Source: Candidatus Aminicenantes bacterium (GTDB lineage Bacteria > Acidobacteriota > Aminicenantia > Aminicenantales > JAFGBC01). Taken from it: a stretch of DNA of 64,000 nt. Of the stretch, positions 1-9,650 are shown one piece after another. Position numbers and translations under genes: made by a program. Position 1 is the stretch's first letter. Each line of letters begins with the position of its first letter. The notes beneath the pieces are model-generated. The model ran no database searches. It saw only the letters and a list, made by a program, of their open reading frames with translations, and was not told where the DNA came from. The stretch spans positions 1,920,001 through 1,984,000 of the forward strand of contig OY969696.1 of NCBI GenBank assembly GCA_963702005.1, given 5' to 3'.

Positions 1-386
1 GAAGTGGGGATCTCCTCCAGGACCTTGTGGGTCCCGAGATCGAAGACGGAGACGCTGTCGCCCCGCCCGTTGGAGATGTAGCCGCGGTTTTTCTCCGGGG
101 CGAAGGCCACGCCGTGGACGCCCTTGAGGCCGGTGATGGCCTCGCCCTTGACGCCCGTATCGACGTTAAGGATTTCAACGGCGCCGGAGTGCGTCACGTA
201 GAGAAGGCGCGTCCGGCCGTCTAGGGCTAGGTAATCCCAGCCGCCCTCGCCGCCGATCAGGTGCTTCTTGAGAAGGTGATAGCCGGACGGCTTCTGCGCT
301 TGAGCTGCCGCAAAGCCCGCCATCGCCACCGTCAGAATTAAGACCAGACCGACCCGAAACGATTTCATCTTTGTGATACCTCTCAT
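1..386 (-). CDS. YncE/YVTN-type beta-propeller secreted protein (runs off the left edge)
   Basis: Manual translation MRGITKMKSFRVGLVLILTVAMAGFAAAQAQKPSGYHLLKKHLIGGEGGWDYLALDG...GVHGVAFAP...GYISNG; AGGAG RBS upstream of ATG 386; absent from the ORF track because the stop lies outside the window. Confidence 0.85.
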   Translation of the reverse strand, partial: MRGITKMKSFRVGLVLILTVAMAGFAAAQAQKPSGYHLLKKHLIGGEGGWDYLALDGRTRLLYVTHSGAVEILNVDTGVKGEAITGLKGVHGVAFAPEKNRGYISNGRGDSVSVFDLGTHKVLEEIPT

Positions 387-437
387 TTTATTTTACTCCT
401 TTCGTTAGATCCGGACCATTTTGCCGTATGTCTTCTT

Positions 438-2600
438 TCAATCGGTGTTGAAATACCAGACGAATTTGATCATGGCCACCGTCTTGTTCAGCCGCCAGTT
501 TCCATGAGGGTCGAGCGTGTCGCCGAACTGGTTGAGGACGAAATAGAGCGAGGCGCCGGGCTTGGGGATCCAGGTCACGCGGAAATTGAAGAAGACCTCG
601 TTCGCGTCGTTGTTCCATTGGGCGAAAATAGCGCCGAAGAGCTTGGGTGTCAGGGAAAAATTCATCCGGCTCACGACTTCGTCGATGGCGAACCCGCCGG
701 CCGGGAGCTTGATATCGTTGCGTCGATAGGCCAGGCTCAATCCGTAATACTTGCTCGGCTTCCAGGACAGGTTGGACTCCCATTCCGAGCTCGACCCGTC
801 GTAGAATGTCCCCCAATTGACGCCGGCGCTCAAAACGAGCGGGCGTCCGTCGAACGTCCCGAACTGGATTTCGCCCCGGTTGGTCCAATAGCGGCCGGCC
901 CGAATGACATGCCCTTCCCGGATCTCGAAATCTTCGGTCAGGTCTTCGGCGTTGCGCTGGATGTTGATCTCCAGCATCTCGCCGCTCTTGAAGAACACGG
1001 CCATCGGCCGGAATTCCATGTAGACGGACTGCATCTCGCGGGTCCGGTCGTCGATATAGTAGTTGATGTCGAGCGGCTTGATTTGGAGCCTTTGGATCCA
1101 GGGCCAAAAGCCCGGCCGGGGGTTGATGCGCCATCTCGCCGTGTATAACTGGTAGCCCGTCCGGCTCAGAAACCCCACCTCAGGGTTGAAGTCCTGACCG
1201 GTCCGTTCCCAAGAGGCGCTGAACTCCATCCTGTCGTTGGGGTAACTAAAATAAATGCGATGGGCGCTTCCGGAAGCGTCCTCCCGGTCGGACGTATAGG
1301 TGGCGGCAAACGCGCCTCCCATCTGGAAATTCTTGTTGCCGAACAGCCTGGCGGTCGAGTAGAGGAAGTCCAGCCCGCCCGTTCCGTTGAACCGGCCCGC
1401 TTGGGCGGCCCCGATGGCGAGCAGGCCGACCGACGATTGCCTTCCGACGTCCTGCCGGTAGCGAATGATGGAGAACGTCGTCGCTTGGGCCGTGTCCGTG
1501 GTCCCGGTCTGGAGGGCCATGACGCCGAGTGTTGTTCCGCTTAGCTTGCCGAGAAAACGGGCGCCTCCCAGAATGGGCGTGAGCTGGTCCTGGTAGATGC
1601 CGATCCGACGGCTGTAAAACGGCCGAGCCCTCCCCAGCGGAAAGTCGAAGAAATTCTGGGCTTCGAGAAAGAACTGCCGTTTTTCCGGGAGGGAGACGGA
1701 GAATCGGGTCAAGTTGACGATCAGGTCGTCCGATTCGACCTGGGCGAAGTCCGGATGGATCGTAAAATCAAGCTTGACCGTCGGGTTGACGAGGTAACTG
1801 AAATCCAGCCCGAGGCTCCCGACGGTCGTCGTCGAATGGAGCCGCTCTTTCTCCGCCCCGGCCAGAGCGTAGGGTCTGAACTCGAAGACTCTCATCCGGG
1901 TCAGGTCCTTGAGCCCCGTCAGAGATCCCGCCCGGGTGACCTGGACGATCGAGGAATCGCGCGACCATCCTTGCCAGAGGACTTGCTCGCGCTTGCGCCG
2001 GATGTTCCGCTCGAAATTAATCCCCCAGGTCTGCTCGTTCGCCGCGCTGAATTTGAGGGTCGAAAAAGGAATTTTGATTTCCGCGAACCAGCCCTTGTCC
2101 GTCCGCGCGGCGGCCACGTACCAAACTCCGTTCCAGTCGATGTTAATTCTCCGGTTGTTGTCCACGACCAGGGCATCGTATTGGGCGCCGTTGGGATTCG
2201 TGGCGAAAAAATAGGCATTCCGTTTGTCAGCGTAGGTGTCGAGGACGAAGATGAAGTTGTCCTCCACCCCGTATTCGAAGTCCCACTTCATCTTATGGGC
2301 GATGATCTTGTCCGGCTCGGAATCGAAACACCAGACGCCGATATAGAGCTCGGTCCGGCTATAGAGGACGGCGACCTCGGTCTTTTCCGTAGGCGGCGCG
2401 TTCAGGGCGAGCTCGCGCTGGGCGAAATTGGAAATATGCTGGGCTTTGGCCCACTCCGGCTCGTCCAGGATTCCGTCCAGCTTGATCGGGAACTCGATCT
2501 TGAGGGCTTTGACGGCGTCGGGGCGGCTGCGCTGGGCGCCAAGAGGCGAGACGCCAAATAAGAGGATAAGAACGGCAAGTCCCAGGGGATAAATCTTCAT
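438..2600 (-). CDS. DUF5916 protein with N-terminal CBM9-like domain (probable outer-membrane protein)
   Basis: Signal peptide MKIYPLG...; IKLDGILDEPEW, AEIKIPFSTLKF, PDFAQVESD, NLTRFS..PEKRQFFLE motifs; beta-rich C-terminus. Confidence 0.8.
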   Translation of the reverse strand: MKIYPLGLAVLILLFGVSPLGAQRSRPDAVKALKIEFPIKLDGILDEPEWAKAQHISNFAQRELALNAPPTEKTEVAVLYSRTELYIGVWCFDSEPDKIIAHKMKWDFEYGVEDNFIFVLDTYADKRNAYFFATNPNGAQYDALVVDNNRRINIDWNGVWYVAAARTDKGWFAEIKIPFSTLKFSAANEQTWGINFERNIRRKREQVLWQGWSRDSSIVQVTRAGSLTGLKDLTRMRVFEFRPYALAGAEKERLHSTTTVGSLGLDFSYLVNPTVKLDFTIHPDFAQVESDDLIVNLTRFSVSLPEKRQFFLEAQNFFDFPLGRARPFYSRRIGIYQDQLTPILGGARFLGKLSGTTLGVMALQTGTTDTAQATTFSIIRYRQDVGRQSSVGLLAIGAAQAGRFNGTGGLDFLYSTARLFGNKNFQMGGAFAATYTSDREDASGSAHRIYFSYPNDRMEFSASWERTGQDFNPEVGFLSRTGYQLYTARWRINPRPGFWPWIQRLQIKPLDINYYIDDRTREMQSVYMEFRPMAVFFKSGEMLEINIQRNAEDLTEDFEIREGHVIRAGRYWTNRGEIQFGTFDGRPLVLSAGVNWGTFYDGSSSEWESNLSWKPSKYYGLSLAYRRNDIKLPAGGFAIDEVVSRMNFSLTPKLFGAIFAQWNNDANEVFFNFRVTWIPKPGASLYFVLNQFGDTLDPHGNWRLNKTVAMIKFVWYFNTD

Positions 2601-2732
2601 GATGAGATTCCGGATAGTCAGCCCAGGGGCGGGGCATCCGTCCTCGCCCCTGGGTATGGTCATCCGCTTCGGCGCCAATGAATTTTTCGTTGTCGCCGTT
2701 GAGGCCTTTTTTTTCCGCTCCGAAACCGGAAA

Positions 2733-3716
2733 TTATTCGATGATCTTCCCGGAGGGGTCGATCGTCACGCCCTTCTTCTTGTCTTGGACCTGGATCTTCA
2801 GTTCAAACAGCTTCTGATCGCCCTTGGTCAGCGCTTCGGCCTTGAGGATTTTAGAGCCGGGATAGGCCTTGGCGAGCGCTTGTTGGACGGCAGCGGGCAA
2901 TCTCTCCGGGAGGATGGCTTCCTCGATCTCGGCGGCCTTGCCGTCGGCCGTATAGAGAAGATCGCGGTTGAGCTTCCCGTCGACGCTTTCGACTTCGTAG
3001 TAGGTTATGCCTTTTTCCGTTTCTTTGCTCGTCCCTTTAATCACGGCGTTGGGGTAGGACGTTTTAAACGCGGAAAGGACGGCCGGGGGGAGAATCTTCA
3101 GGTCCAGGGCGGCGCCTTTACTTTCCTCGGCTTCCTCTTCTTCTTCAGCCTCTTTTTTCTCGCCCATCTCTTCTTTTTTTTCGGCTTCCTTGGCATGCCA
3201 CTTGGGTCCTTCTACGACCGTGCCGTCGGGCGCAACTTGGATTTCGCCCCTCTGTTCGCCCTTTTTCAGTTCCGCTTCGTAGACATACTTGGGACTGGCG
3301 AGCTTGACGATCGTCCCTTTTTCGCCTTCCTTCTTGATCTCGGCCCGGACCTCGGACTTCTCGAGATGCTTGATGATCGTTCCCGGGGCGGCCTTCCGGA
3401 TGGCTACTGCGGCGGCCTTGGGAATGTCCTTCATCGCGGTGATCGTGGCGATGTCCATGACCGTTCCGTCCTCGGCCACCTCGATCTCGCCCCCCCTGGC
3501 CTTGAATTCGATGTCATAGAGCGTGATGCCGGCTTCTTTCTCCACGTCGACGGATTTGATCTCGGCGCTTGGGCAGTTCAGCTTGACCGCTTGGGCGACC
3601 GCGGGCGGAAGTTCGACCTTCGCCTGTGCCGCCGCCGTCAGCGCAAGGGCCAAGCCGATGAGCAAACCCAACACCATCCGGTTTGAAAATTTCAATTTCA
3701 TGGTATTCCTCCTCAT
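2733..3716 (-). CDS. Periplasmic PepSY-like/BLIP-like repeat protein
   Basis: Signal peptide; repeated LPxAV...YP.A.I...E.E.G...YE.E units separated by a Glu/Lys-rich linker. Confidence 0.75.
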   Translation of the reverse strand: MRRNTMKLKFSNRMVLGLLIGLALALTAAAQAKVELPPAVAQAVKLNCPSAEIKSVDVEKEAGITLYDIEFKARGGEIEVAEDGTVMDIATITAMKDIPKAAAVAIRKAAPGTIIKHLEKSEVRAEIKKEGEKGTIVKLASPKYVYEAELKKGEQRGEIQVAPDGTVVEGPKWHAKEAEKKEEMGEKKEAEEEEEAEESKGAALDLKILPPAVLSAFKTSYPNAVIKGTSKETEKGITYYEVESVDGKLNRDLLYTADGKAAEIEEAILPERLPAAVQQALAKAYPGSKILKAEALTKGDQKLFELKIQVQDKKKGVTIDPSGKIIE

Positions 3717-3725
3717 TTCTTTAGC

Positions 3726-5069
3726 TTATTTCGGTAGAATAATCCGAAACGTGCTGCCGCGATTGTCTTCGCTCTCCGCTTCGATGCGGCCGCCGTTGGC
3801 CTCCACCGCCCATTTGGCGATGGAGAGGCCAAGCCCGGCCCCTCCGACGCGGCTGGGCCGGTCTTTTTCCACGCGATAAAACCGGTCGAAGATTCGGCTC
3901 CTATGCTCGACCGGAATCCCGGGACCCGTATCCGAGACTTCGATGGAGATAGCCCCTTCCTGGATGTTTAAGGCCACCGAGATGACGCCCGCTGGAGGCG
4001 TGTACTTGATGGCGTTGTCCAGGAGATTGACCAGGGCCAAACGCAGAGTGGCCTCGTCAATCCGTGAAACCGCCGGCCCCTTCAGCGTCAGTATCAGCTT
4101 CTGGCCTTTGTCTTCGGCCAAGGCCCGCATGTCCTCGACCGCCCGCTGGACGAGAGGGCCGACGTCAACTTCTTTGTGGCCGAGCAAGACACGGCCGCTG
4201 TCTGCCCTGGTCAACGTCAACAGGTTTTCGACCAAGCGGGCCAGACGGTCAACCTCTTCGAGCATGCTCCCGATACGGTCGCGGTAGGCGGCCGCGTCCA
4301 GATCTTCCTGAAGGGCGACCTCTCCGACGCTCCGGATGACGGTCAGGGGCGTCCTCAACTCGTGCGAGGCGTCGGCCGTGAACCGCCTCAATCGTTCAAA
4401 GGCGTCTTCGAGGCGGGACAGCATCACGTTGATGACGCCCGCCAGCCGGCCGAATTCGTCCCCGGGATTCTCCACGGGAAGCCGCGCCGACAGGCTCTCG
4501 GCGGATATCTTCTCCGCCGCGGCGGTAATCGCCGCCACCGGTTTCAGAAGCCGGCCGGCCATCACGAACCCGCCCAGCCCCGCCAGGGCCAGAGCGATGG
4601 GGAGGGACAGAAACAGGATGACCGCGAGCGTCCGAAGGGTGCTCCGGACGGGCGCCTCGTCCTCGGCCACCGTCAGGATGATATCAGGGCCGACCAGGCC
4701 CGTTATAAGGCGATAGGGGTCTCCCGACGGAGAGCGGAATGTCCATTTATCCGACGCCGGGAGCCGTCCCGTAAACGGCAGGCCGGATTTCTGGAAAGCC
4801 GGAGTTTGATAAAACAGCGTTCCGGCTTTAACAATCTGAAAGACCTTGACGGAGCTTTCGGTTTCGATTTCCGGGGTTTCGCCGGGTTCCTCCGTCAAAG
4901 CCTGGGAGACCGTCTTGAAATCCGTTTCCAAGCGCTGGCCGAGATTGCCGAAGAGGCTGGCTTTGACGAATAGAAAAACGAACAGGGAAAAAACCAGGAT
5001 GATTCCGGCCAGGATCAGCGAATACCAGAGGGTCAGCTGGACGCGAACGCTGGCCGGACGGAGCCTCAA
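3726..5069 (-). CDS. Sensor histidine kinase, CusS/heavy-metal-sensor-like
   Basis: Two TM segments, HAMP, FTADASHELRTPL H-box, NLLDNAIKY, DTGPGI, GAGLGLSI. Confidence 0.92.
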   Translation of the reverse strand: MRLRPASVRVQLTLWYSLILAGIILVFSLFVFLFVKASLFGNLGQRLETDFKTVSQALTEEPGETPEIETESSVKVFQIVKAGTLFYQTPAFQKSGLPFTGRLPASDKWTFRSPSGDPYRLITGLVGPDIILTVAEDEAPVRSTLRTLAVILFLSLPIALALAGLGGFVMAGRLLKPVAAITAAAEKISAESLSARLPVENPGDEFGRLAGVINVMLSRLEDAFERLRRFTADASHELRTPLTVIRSVGEVALQEDLDAAAYRDRIGSMLEEVDRLARLVENLLTLTRADSGRVLLGHKEVDVGPLVQRAVEDMRALAEDKGQKLILTLKGPAVSRIDEATLRLALVNLLDNAIKYTPPAGVISVALNIQEGAISIEVSDTGPGIPVEHRSRIFDRFYRVEKDRPSRVGGAGLGLSIAKWAVEANGGRIEAESEDNRGSTFRIILPK

Positions 5070-5749
5070 GAGGTTTCCCCTGAGAGGATGAATCCCACTC
5101 CGCGCACGGTGCGCAGGAGTTTGCGCTTGAAGGGCTCGTCGATCTTCTTCCGGAGGCGGCCGATGTGGACGTCGATCACGTTATCCAAGGGCGTGGCCCG
5201 CTCGGTCTCTTTCCAGACCTCCCGGGCCAGCATTTCGCGGGTCACGACATGGCCTTGATTGCGCAACAGAAATTCGAGAAGCTCGAATTCCTTGGCCGTC
5301 AGCAAGATGGTCTGTTTGGCGCGGATGGCCGTGCGCGCGGCCAGGTCCATCTCCAGGTCGGCCAATTTCAACTTCAAGGCTCGATCGCTCCGGCCCCGCC
5401 TCAGCAGGGCCCTGATTCTGGCCGTCAGCTCGGGGAAGGCGAACGGTTTGACCAAGTAGTCGTCGGCCCCCAGGTCCAGCCCCAGGATTTTGTCTTCGAC
5501 CGCGTCCCTGGCCGTCAGGATCAGGACCGGCGTCCGGTCATGGGTCTTGCGCAGCGTCCGGAGGATCTCCAGGCCGTCCCGGCCCGGAAGCATCAGGTCG
5601 AGGATGACCAGGTCGAATTCCCGCGAGGAGAGCAAGAAAAATCCCTCTTCTCCGTTGAGGGCGACCTGAACACCGTAGTGTTCGGATTCCAGACCCTTTT
5701 GAAGGGCCAGGGCGACCTTCTTTTCGTCTTCGATGACAAGAATGTTCAC
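5066..5749 (-). CDS. OmpR-family response regulator (CusR/CopR-like)
   Basis: IEDE, DLVILDLMLP, GADDYLVKPF, NVIDVHIGRLRKK, RTVRGVG; overlaps the kinase start. Confidence 0.93.
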   Translation of the reverse strand: MNILVIEDEKKVALALQKGLESEHYGVQVALNGEEGFFLLSSREFDLVILDLMLPGRDGLEILRTLRKTHDRTPVLILTARDAVEDKILGLDLGADDYLVKPFAFPELTARIRALLRRGRSDRALKLKLADLEMDLAARTAIRAKQTILLTAKEFELLEFLLRNQGHVVTREMLAREVWKETERATPLDNVIDVHIGRLRKKIDEPFKRKLLRTVRGVGFILSGETS

Positions 5750-5802
5750 GGCCGGGGACCTCGGACGGCTACGAATATAACACCCGCCCGGGAATTTTGT
5801 TA

Positions 5803-5829
5803 CTGAACTTATTCTGAAAAAAAATTCAG
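5803..5829. promoter_or_regulatory. Putative OmpR-family operator (CTGAA half-sites at 11-bp spacing)
   Basis: CTGAA at 5803 and 5814 plus TTCAG at 5825, just upstream of the response regulator and a TATATT -10-like hexamer. Confidence 0.5.
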
Positions 5830-5849
5830 ACGGCGGGCGGCTCAGGACC

Positions 5850-6008
5850 TCAGAATAGGGTGTAGATGAAGGGGGCGATGGCGCTGCCCTCGGTCAGGAA
5901 GAGGAGGACACCGACCAGGAGGAGGACGACGATGACCGGAATCAGCCAGTATTTCTTGCGGAGGCGGATGAATTCCCACATCTCGCGGAGGACGCTCAAT
6001 TTGGCCAT
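5850..6008 (-). CDS. DUF5989 / SxtK-like small membrane protein
   Basis: MAKLSVLREMWEFIRLRKKYWLIP...GSAIAPFIYTLF, the characteristic family sequence; GGAGA RBS. Confidence 0.88.
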   Translation of the reverse strand: MAKLSVLREMWEFIRLRKKYWLIPVIVVLLLVGVLLFLTEGSAIAPFIYTLF

Positions 6009-6021
6009 GGCTGTCTCTCCC

Positions 6022-6411
6022 TTAAAACTGTTTCTCGATATAATACCCTCCCGGAACATCCTCGTAGTAGGTGGGGAGGGCGGGGTCGGCCTTGACCGGC
6101 ATGAAGGACTTTCCGAACAGCCGGAGGACGAGGGCGATCGGGGTCAGCACGATGTAAAAGACGATCAGGCTGATCAATGTGAACAGGAACGTCCCCAAGG
6201 CGCCGGTCGCGATCATGATGAGCTTATAGGCGGGAAAGAAGAGCTTGGGGAGGGCGAGGAAGAGACCGGCCAGGGCGGCCTCGCCGGCCAGCCAGGGCAG
6301 GCGGGCGCCGACCTTGAAGCCGACCGGCTTGAGGGTCAGGAGGACGGCCAGGACGAACAGAATCGCCAGGAAGATCTTGACGCTCTTGGCTTTATAAACG
6401 ACCTTTTTCAT
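6022..6411 (-). CDS. SxtJ-family membrane protein
   Basis: Hydrophobic, FYIVLTPIALVLRLFGK motif and ...EKQF end; lies between the carbamoyltransferase and DUF5989. Confidence 0.8.
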   Translation of the reverse strand: MKKVVYKAKSVKIFLAILFVLAVLLTLKPVGFKVGARLPWLAGEAALAGLFLALPKLFFPAYKLIMIATGALGTFLFTLISLIVFYIVLTPIALVLRLFGKSFMPVKADPALPTYYEDVPGGYYIEKQF

Positions 6412-8231
6412 CAGTCGAGGGGGAACTCCTTCATCCAGCTCTCGTCGACCCGGATAAAATCCTGCTCCTGTTTTTCGATCAGGAAGGTGTCGAGGACCAG
6501 TACGTCCATGTTGGTCCTCATGAAACAGCGGTAGGCGTCCTGGGGGCTCTGGACGATGGGCTCGCCCCGGACGTTAAAGGAGGTGTTGATGATGACCGGG
6601 CAGCCGGTCCGCTTGTCGAACTCCTCGATGACGGCGTGATAATAGGGATTGACCTCTCGGGCGACGGAATGGACGCGGGCCGAGAAATCGACGTGGGTGA
6701 TGGCCGGCACGACCGAGCGCCGGACGGGGAGCTTATCGAGGCCCTTCCGGGCGCGATCGGCCTCGGACAGCGGAAGGCGCTTGTCCTGGCGGACGTTGTA
6801 GACGAGGAGCATGTAGGGCGTCGGGTCGCCGTAGTCGAACCAGTCCTTGAGCTTTTCCTCCAGGACCGAGGGCGCGAAGGGACGGAACGATTCCCGGAAC
6901 TTGATCTTGAGGTTCATCTTGGACTGCATCTCGGACGAGCGGGCATCCCCCAGGATGCTCCGTGCCCCCAAGGCCCGAGGGCCGAATTCCATCGGTCCCT
7001 GGAAGAATCCGACGACCTTGCCCTGGTCGATGAGCCGGGCGACTGTCCCGGCCATCTCGGGCCGCGGGAGCTCGCGGTGGGCGATCCGGTTTTCGTCCAG
7101 GAAGGCCTTGATCTCTTCCCGGGAATACGAGGGTCCGAGAAAGGAGCCTTTCTGGAAGTCCCGTCCCGGGACCGGAGTCCTCGGGTTTTTAAAATGCTGA
7201 TACCAAACGACCAAAGCGGCTCCCAGGGCGGCGCCGGCGTCGCCGGCGGCAGGCTGGATCCATATGTTTTTGAAGATCCGGCTCTTGAGGATCTTGCCGT
7301 TGGCGACGCAGTTCAAGGCGACCCCGCCGGCCAGGCAGAGGTTGTCGGAAGGGGCAAGAGTTTTGGCATAGCGGGCGATCTTGTCCATGGCCTCTTCCAG
7401 GATAACCTGGATCGAGGCCGCCAGGTCCATGTCGACCTGCCGGATTTCGGTCTCGGGCTTGCGGCGCGGGACGCCGAACAGCTTCTCGAACCGGGCGCCG
7501 GTCATGGTCAAGCCGGTCGCGTAGTTGAAGTACTTGAGGTTGAGCCGGAAGGAGCCGTCCTCGCGGAGGTCGATGAGCTCCTTGAGGATGAGGTCCTTGT
7601 AGATGGGCTCGCCGTAGGGGGCCAAGCCCATGAGCTTATACTCGCCGGAGTTGACCTTGAATCCCGTGAAATAAGTGAAGGCCGAGTAGAGGAGGCCGAG
7701 CGAGTGGGGAAAAGCGATCCGCTTCATGATCCGGAAGCCGTTCCCCTGGCCGTGCGCGATCGTCAGGGTCTCCCATTCGCCGACGGCGTCGATGGTGACG
7801 ACGGCGGCATCGGGGAAGGGCGAAGGATAGAAGGCCGCGCCGACGTGGGATTCATGGTGGGTGGGGAAGAGGACCTTGAGGTCTTTGCGCTTGAGTTCGT
7901 TCCGGATGATGTCGGCGATGAAGATCCTCTGCTTGGCCCAAACCGGGACGGCCTTGAGGAAGCTCCGGACGCCGCGGGGCGCGAACTGCATGTAGGTCGA
8001 AAAAAGGCGGTCGAGCTTCCAGAGGGGCTTCTCGTAGAAGACGGCGTAGTCGAGGTCCTCGGTCCGGATCCCGGTCGATTTCAGGCAGGCTTGGAGGGCC
8101 AGCTCCGGGAATCCGGAGTCGTGTTTTTTCCGGCTGAAGCGCTCCTCTTGGGCGGCGAAGATGACCTCGCCGTCCTTGACCAGACTGACGGCGCTGTCGT
8201 GGTAAAACGCTGATATTCCGAGGATGAGCAT
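6411..8231 (-). CDS. O-carbamoyltransferase (CmcH/NodU/SxtI family)
   Basis: ILGISAFYHDSA, AQEERFSRKKHD, GEYKLMGLAPYG, AGGVALNC, EFGPRALGARS, KFRESFRPFAP, NTSFNVRGEPIV. Confidence 0.96.
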   Translation of the reverse strand: MLILGISAFYHDSAVSLVKDGEVIFAAQEERFSRKKHDSGFPELALQACLKSTGIRTEDLDYAVFYEKPLWKLDRLFSTYMQFAPRGVRSFLKAVPVWAKQRIFIADIIRNELKRKDLKVLFPTHHESHVGAAFYPSPFPDAAVVTIDAVGEWETLTIAHGQGNGFRIMKRIAFPHSLGLLYSAFTYFTGFKVNSGEYKLMGLAPYGEPIYKDLILKELIDLREDGSFRLNLKYFNYATGLTMTGARFEKLFGVPRRKPETEIRQVDMDLAASIQVILEEAMDKIARYAKTLAPSDNLCLAGGVALNCVANGKILKSRIFKNIWIQPAAGDAGAALGAALVVWYQHFKNPRTPVPGRDFQKGSFLGPSYSREEIKAFLDENRIAHRELPRPEMAGTVARLIDQGKVVGFFQGPMEFGPRALGARSILGDARSSEMQSKMNLKIKFRESFRPFAPSVLEEKLKDWFDYGDPTPYMLLVYNVRQDKRLPLSEADRARKGLDKLPVRRSVVPAITHVDFSARVHSVAREVNPYYHAVIEEFDKRTGCPVIINTSFNVRGEPIVQSPQDAYRCFMRTNMDVLVLDTFLIEKQEQDFIRVDESWMKEFPLD

Positions 8232-8384
8232 CGACCTTGTATAAACTAAATCCCGGCAAAAATCAATAGGGCAGGTCTCGGGGCAGGATGGCTCGAAGGC
8301 GCGTTCGCTTTCCCCAGCACGGAGATGCTGCCTATAGCTGGAGGCTTATTGATTCAGGGTGGTATTTCTCCTAAAATACGCCGT

Positions 8385-9599
8385 ATGACAAGAGAACCTA
8401 AATCGACGGGAGGCCGAACCTTCCTATTCATGATCCTTACGCCCCTCCTAACGATTCTTATCCTGGCTCTCCTGTTCGAGGTCGGGCTCCGCATCGGGGG
8501 CTACAACCCCTTGGGCCGCATGGCACGGGGCGCGGAGGGGAATAGCTTTTTCCTCAGGAAGTCGGCTGATCCCATCCTCCGCTTCGAGCTGAATCCGGGC
8601 TACCAGGGCGTCTTCGAAGGGGCCCGGCTTGTCATCAACGCGCGAGGGATGAGGGGCCGGGAGCTTCCCGAGGACAAGAATGGACATATCCGGATCGCCC
8701 TCCTTGGCGATTCCATCACACTGGCTAAAACCATTCCCGAGGAAGAGATCTTCGCCTCGCGCCTGGAGCGGATGCTCCAGGCCGTCGATCCCCGCTACGA
8801 GGTCCTGAATTTAGGCACGGACGGCTACGATACCGTCCAGGAGGTCCTCTCCTTCCGGGACAAAGGCCTCGCCTTCGCCCCGGACGTCGTGGTCGTTTGC
8901 TACTGCCTCAACGACATCGGCATCACGCCGCTCGACACGGGCTTCATCCAAAATTTCATCCAGCCCCGGATTCCGCTTTCTTACCGGCTGCGGGTCTGGC
9001 AGTGGGTCAACCTGAGGCTGCGGCGGCTCAAGGCGGCGAGCCTGTTTAAAAAGCAGCTCGAGTCGGTCGGCGCCTTTGGAGATTTCTACGGGAATCTCTT
9101 TCCCCCGGCCGATAAAGACGCTTTCATGGAGGAAGAATTCCAGGCCATCGCCGAGAGCCAGAAGGCTTTCGCCGCCGCAGGCTCCTATGACCGGAAGAGA
9201 ACCGTCCTCGAGCATCCCGGCAGCCTTTGGCTCAATCAGTACACCGACCTCAAGAGCGTCGGCAAGATCCGCTACGCGTTCAAAGAGCTGGCCGGAATGG
9301 CCGATGCCCGCGGCTTCAAGGTCCTGGTCGCCGTCATCCCGTTCTTCTACAAAGTCCAAGGCCGCTACCTAGACCTCCCCGCCCATCGGATCGTCATCCG
9401 CCAAGCCCAGGCCTTCGGGCTTAAGACGGCCGACCTGTTTCCGATGTTCAACGCGGCCGGGTTCAAGGGGCTCGACCTGGACGGCGTCCATTTCAGCGTC
9501 CGGGGCCATAAGGTCATGGCCGAGGCCCTGTTCGAGGAGCTGGGGAGCCAGTTCTTTCCCGACCTGGCCAAACAAGCCGGCCCGGCCGATAATAAATAG
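8385..9599 (+). CDS. Membrane-anchored SGNH/GDSL hydrolase
   Basis: N-terminal TM, LGDSIT block I, NLGTDGY, YCLND, DGVH catalytic motif; ATG 8385 follows TAAAAT by 7 nt (possibly leaderless). Confidence 0.85.
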   Translation: MTREPKSTGGRTFLFMILTPLLTILILALLFEVGLRIGGYNPLGRMARGAEGNSFFLRKSADPILRFELNPGYQGVFEGARLVINARGMRGRELPEDKNGHIRIALLGDSITLAKTIPEEEIFASRLERMLQAVDPRYEVLNLGTDGYDTVQEVLSFRDKGLAFAPDVVVVCYCLNDIGITPLDTGFIQNFIQPRIPLSYRLRVWQWVNLRLRRLKAASLFKKQLESVGAFGDFYGNLFPPADKDAFMEEEFQAIAESQKAFAAAGSYDRKRTVLEHPGSLWLNQYTDLKSVGKIRYAFKELAGMADARGFKVLVAVIPFFYKVQGRYLDLPAHRIVIRQAQAFGLKTADLFPMFNAAGFKGLDLDGVHFSVRGHKVMAEALFEELGSQFFPDLAKQAGPADNK

Positions 9600-9650
9600 G
9601 AGCGTCCTGGAGAAGGGGCCGCCCAACAATCTTCAGGGGAGGAAAGCGCA

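Noticed and set aside
5850-8231. Saxitoxin biosynthesis
   Set aside because: Only the widespread I/J/K-like triad is present; no sxtA, sxtG or other core genes
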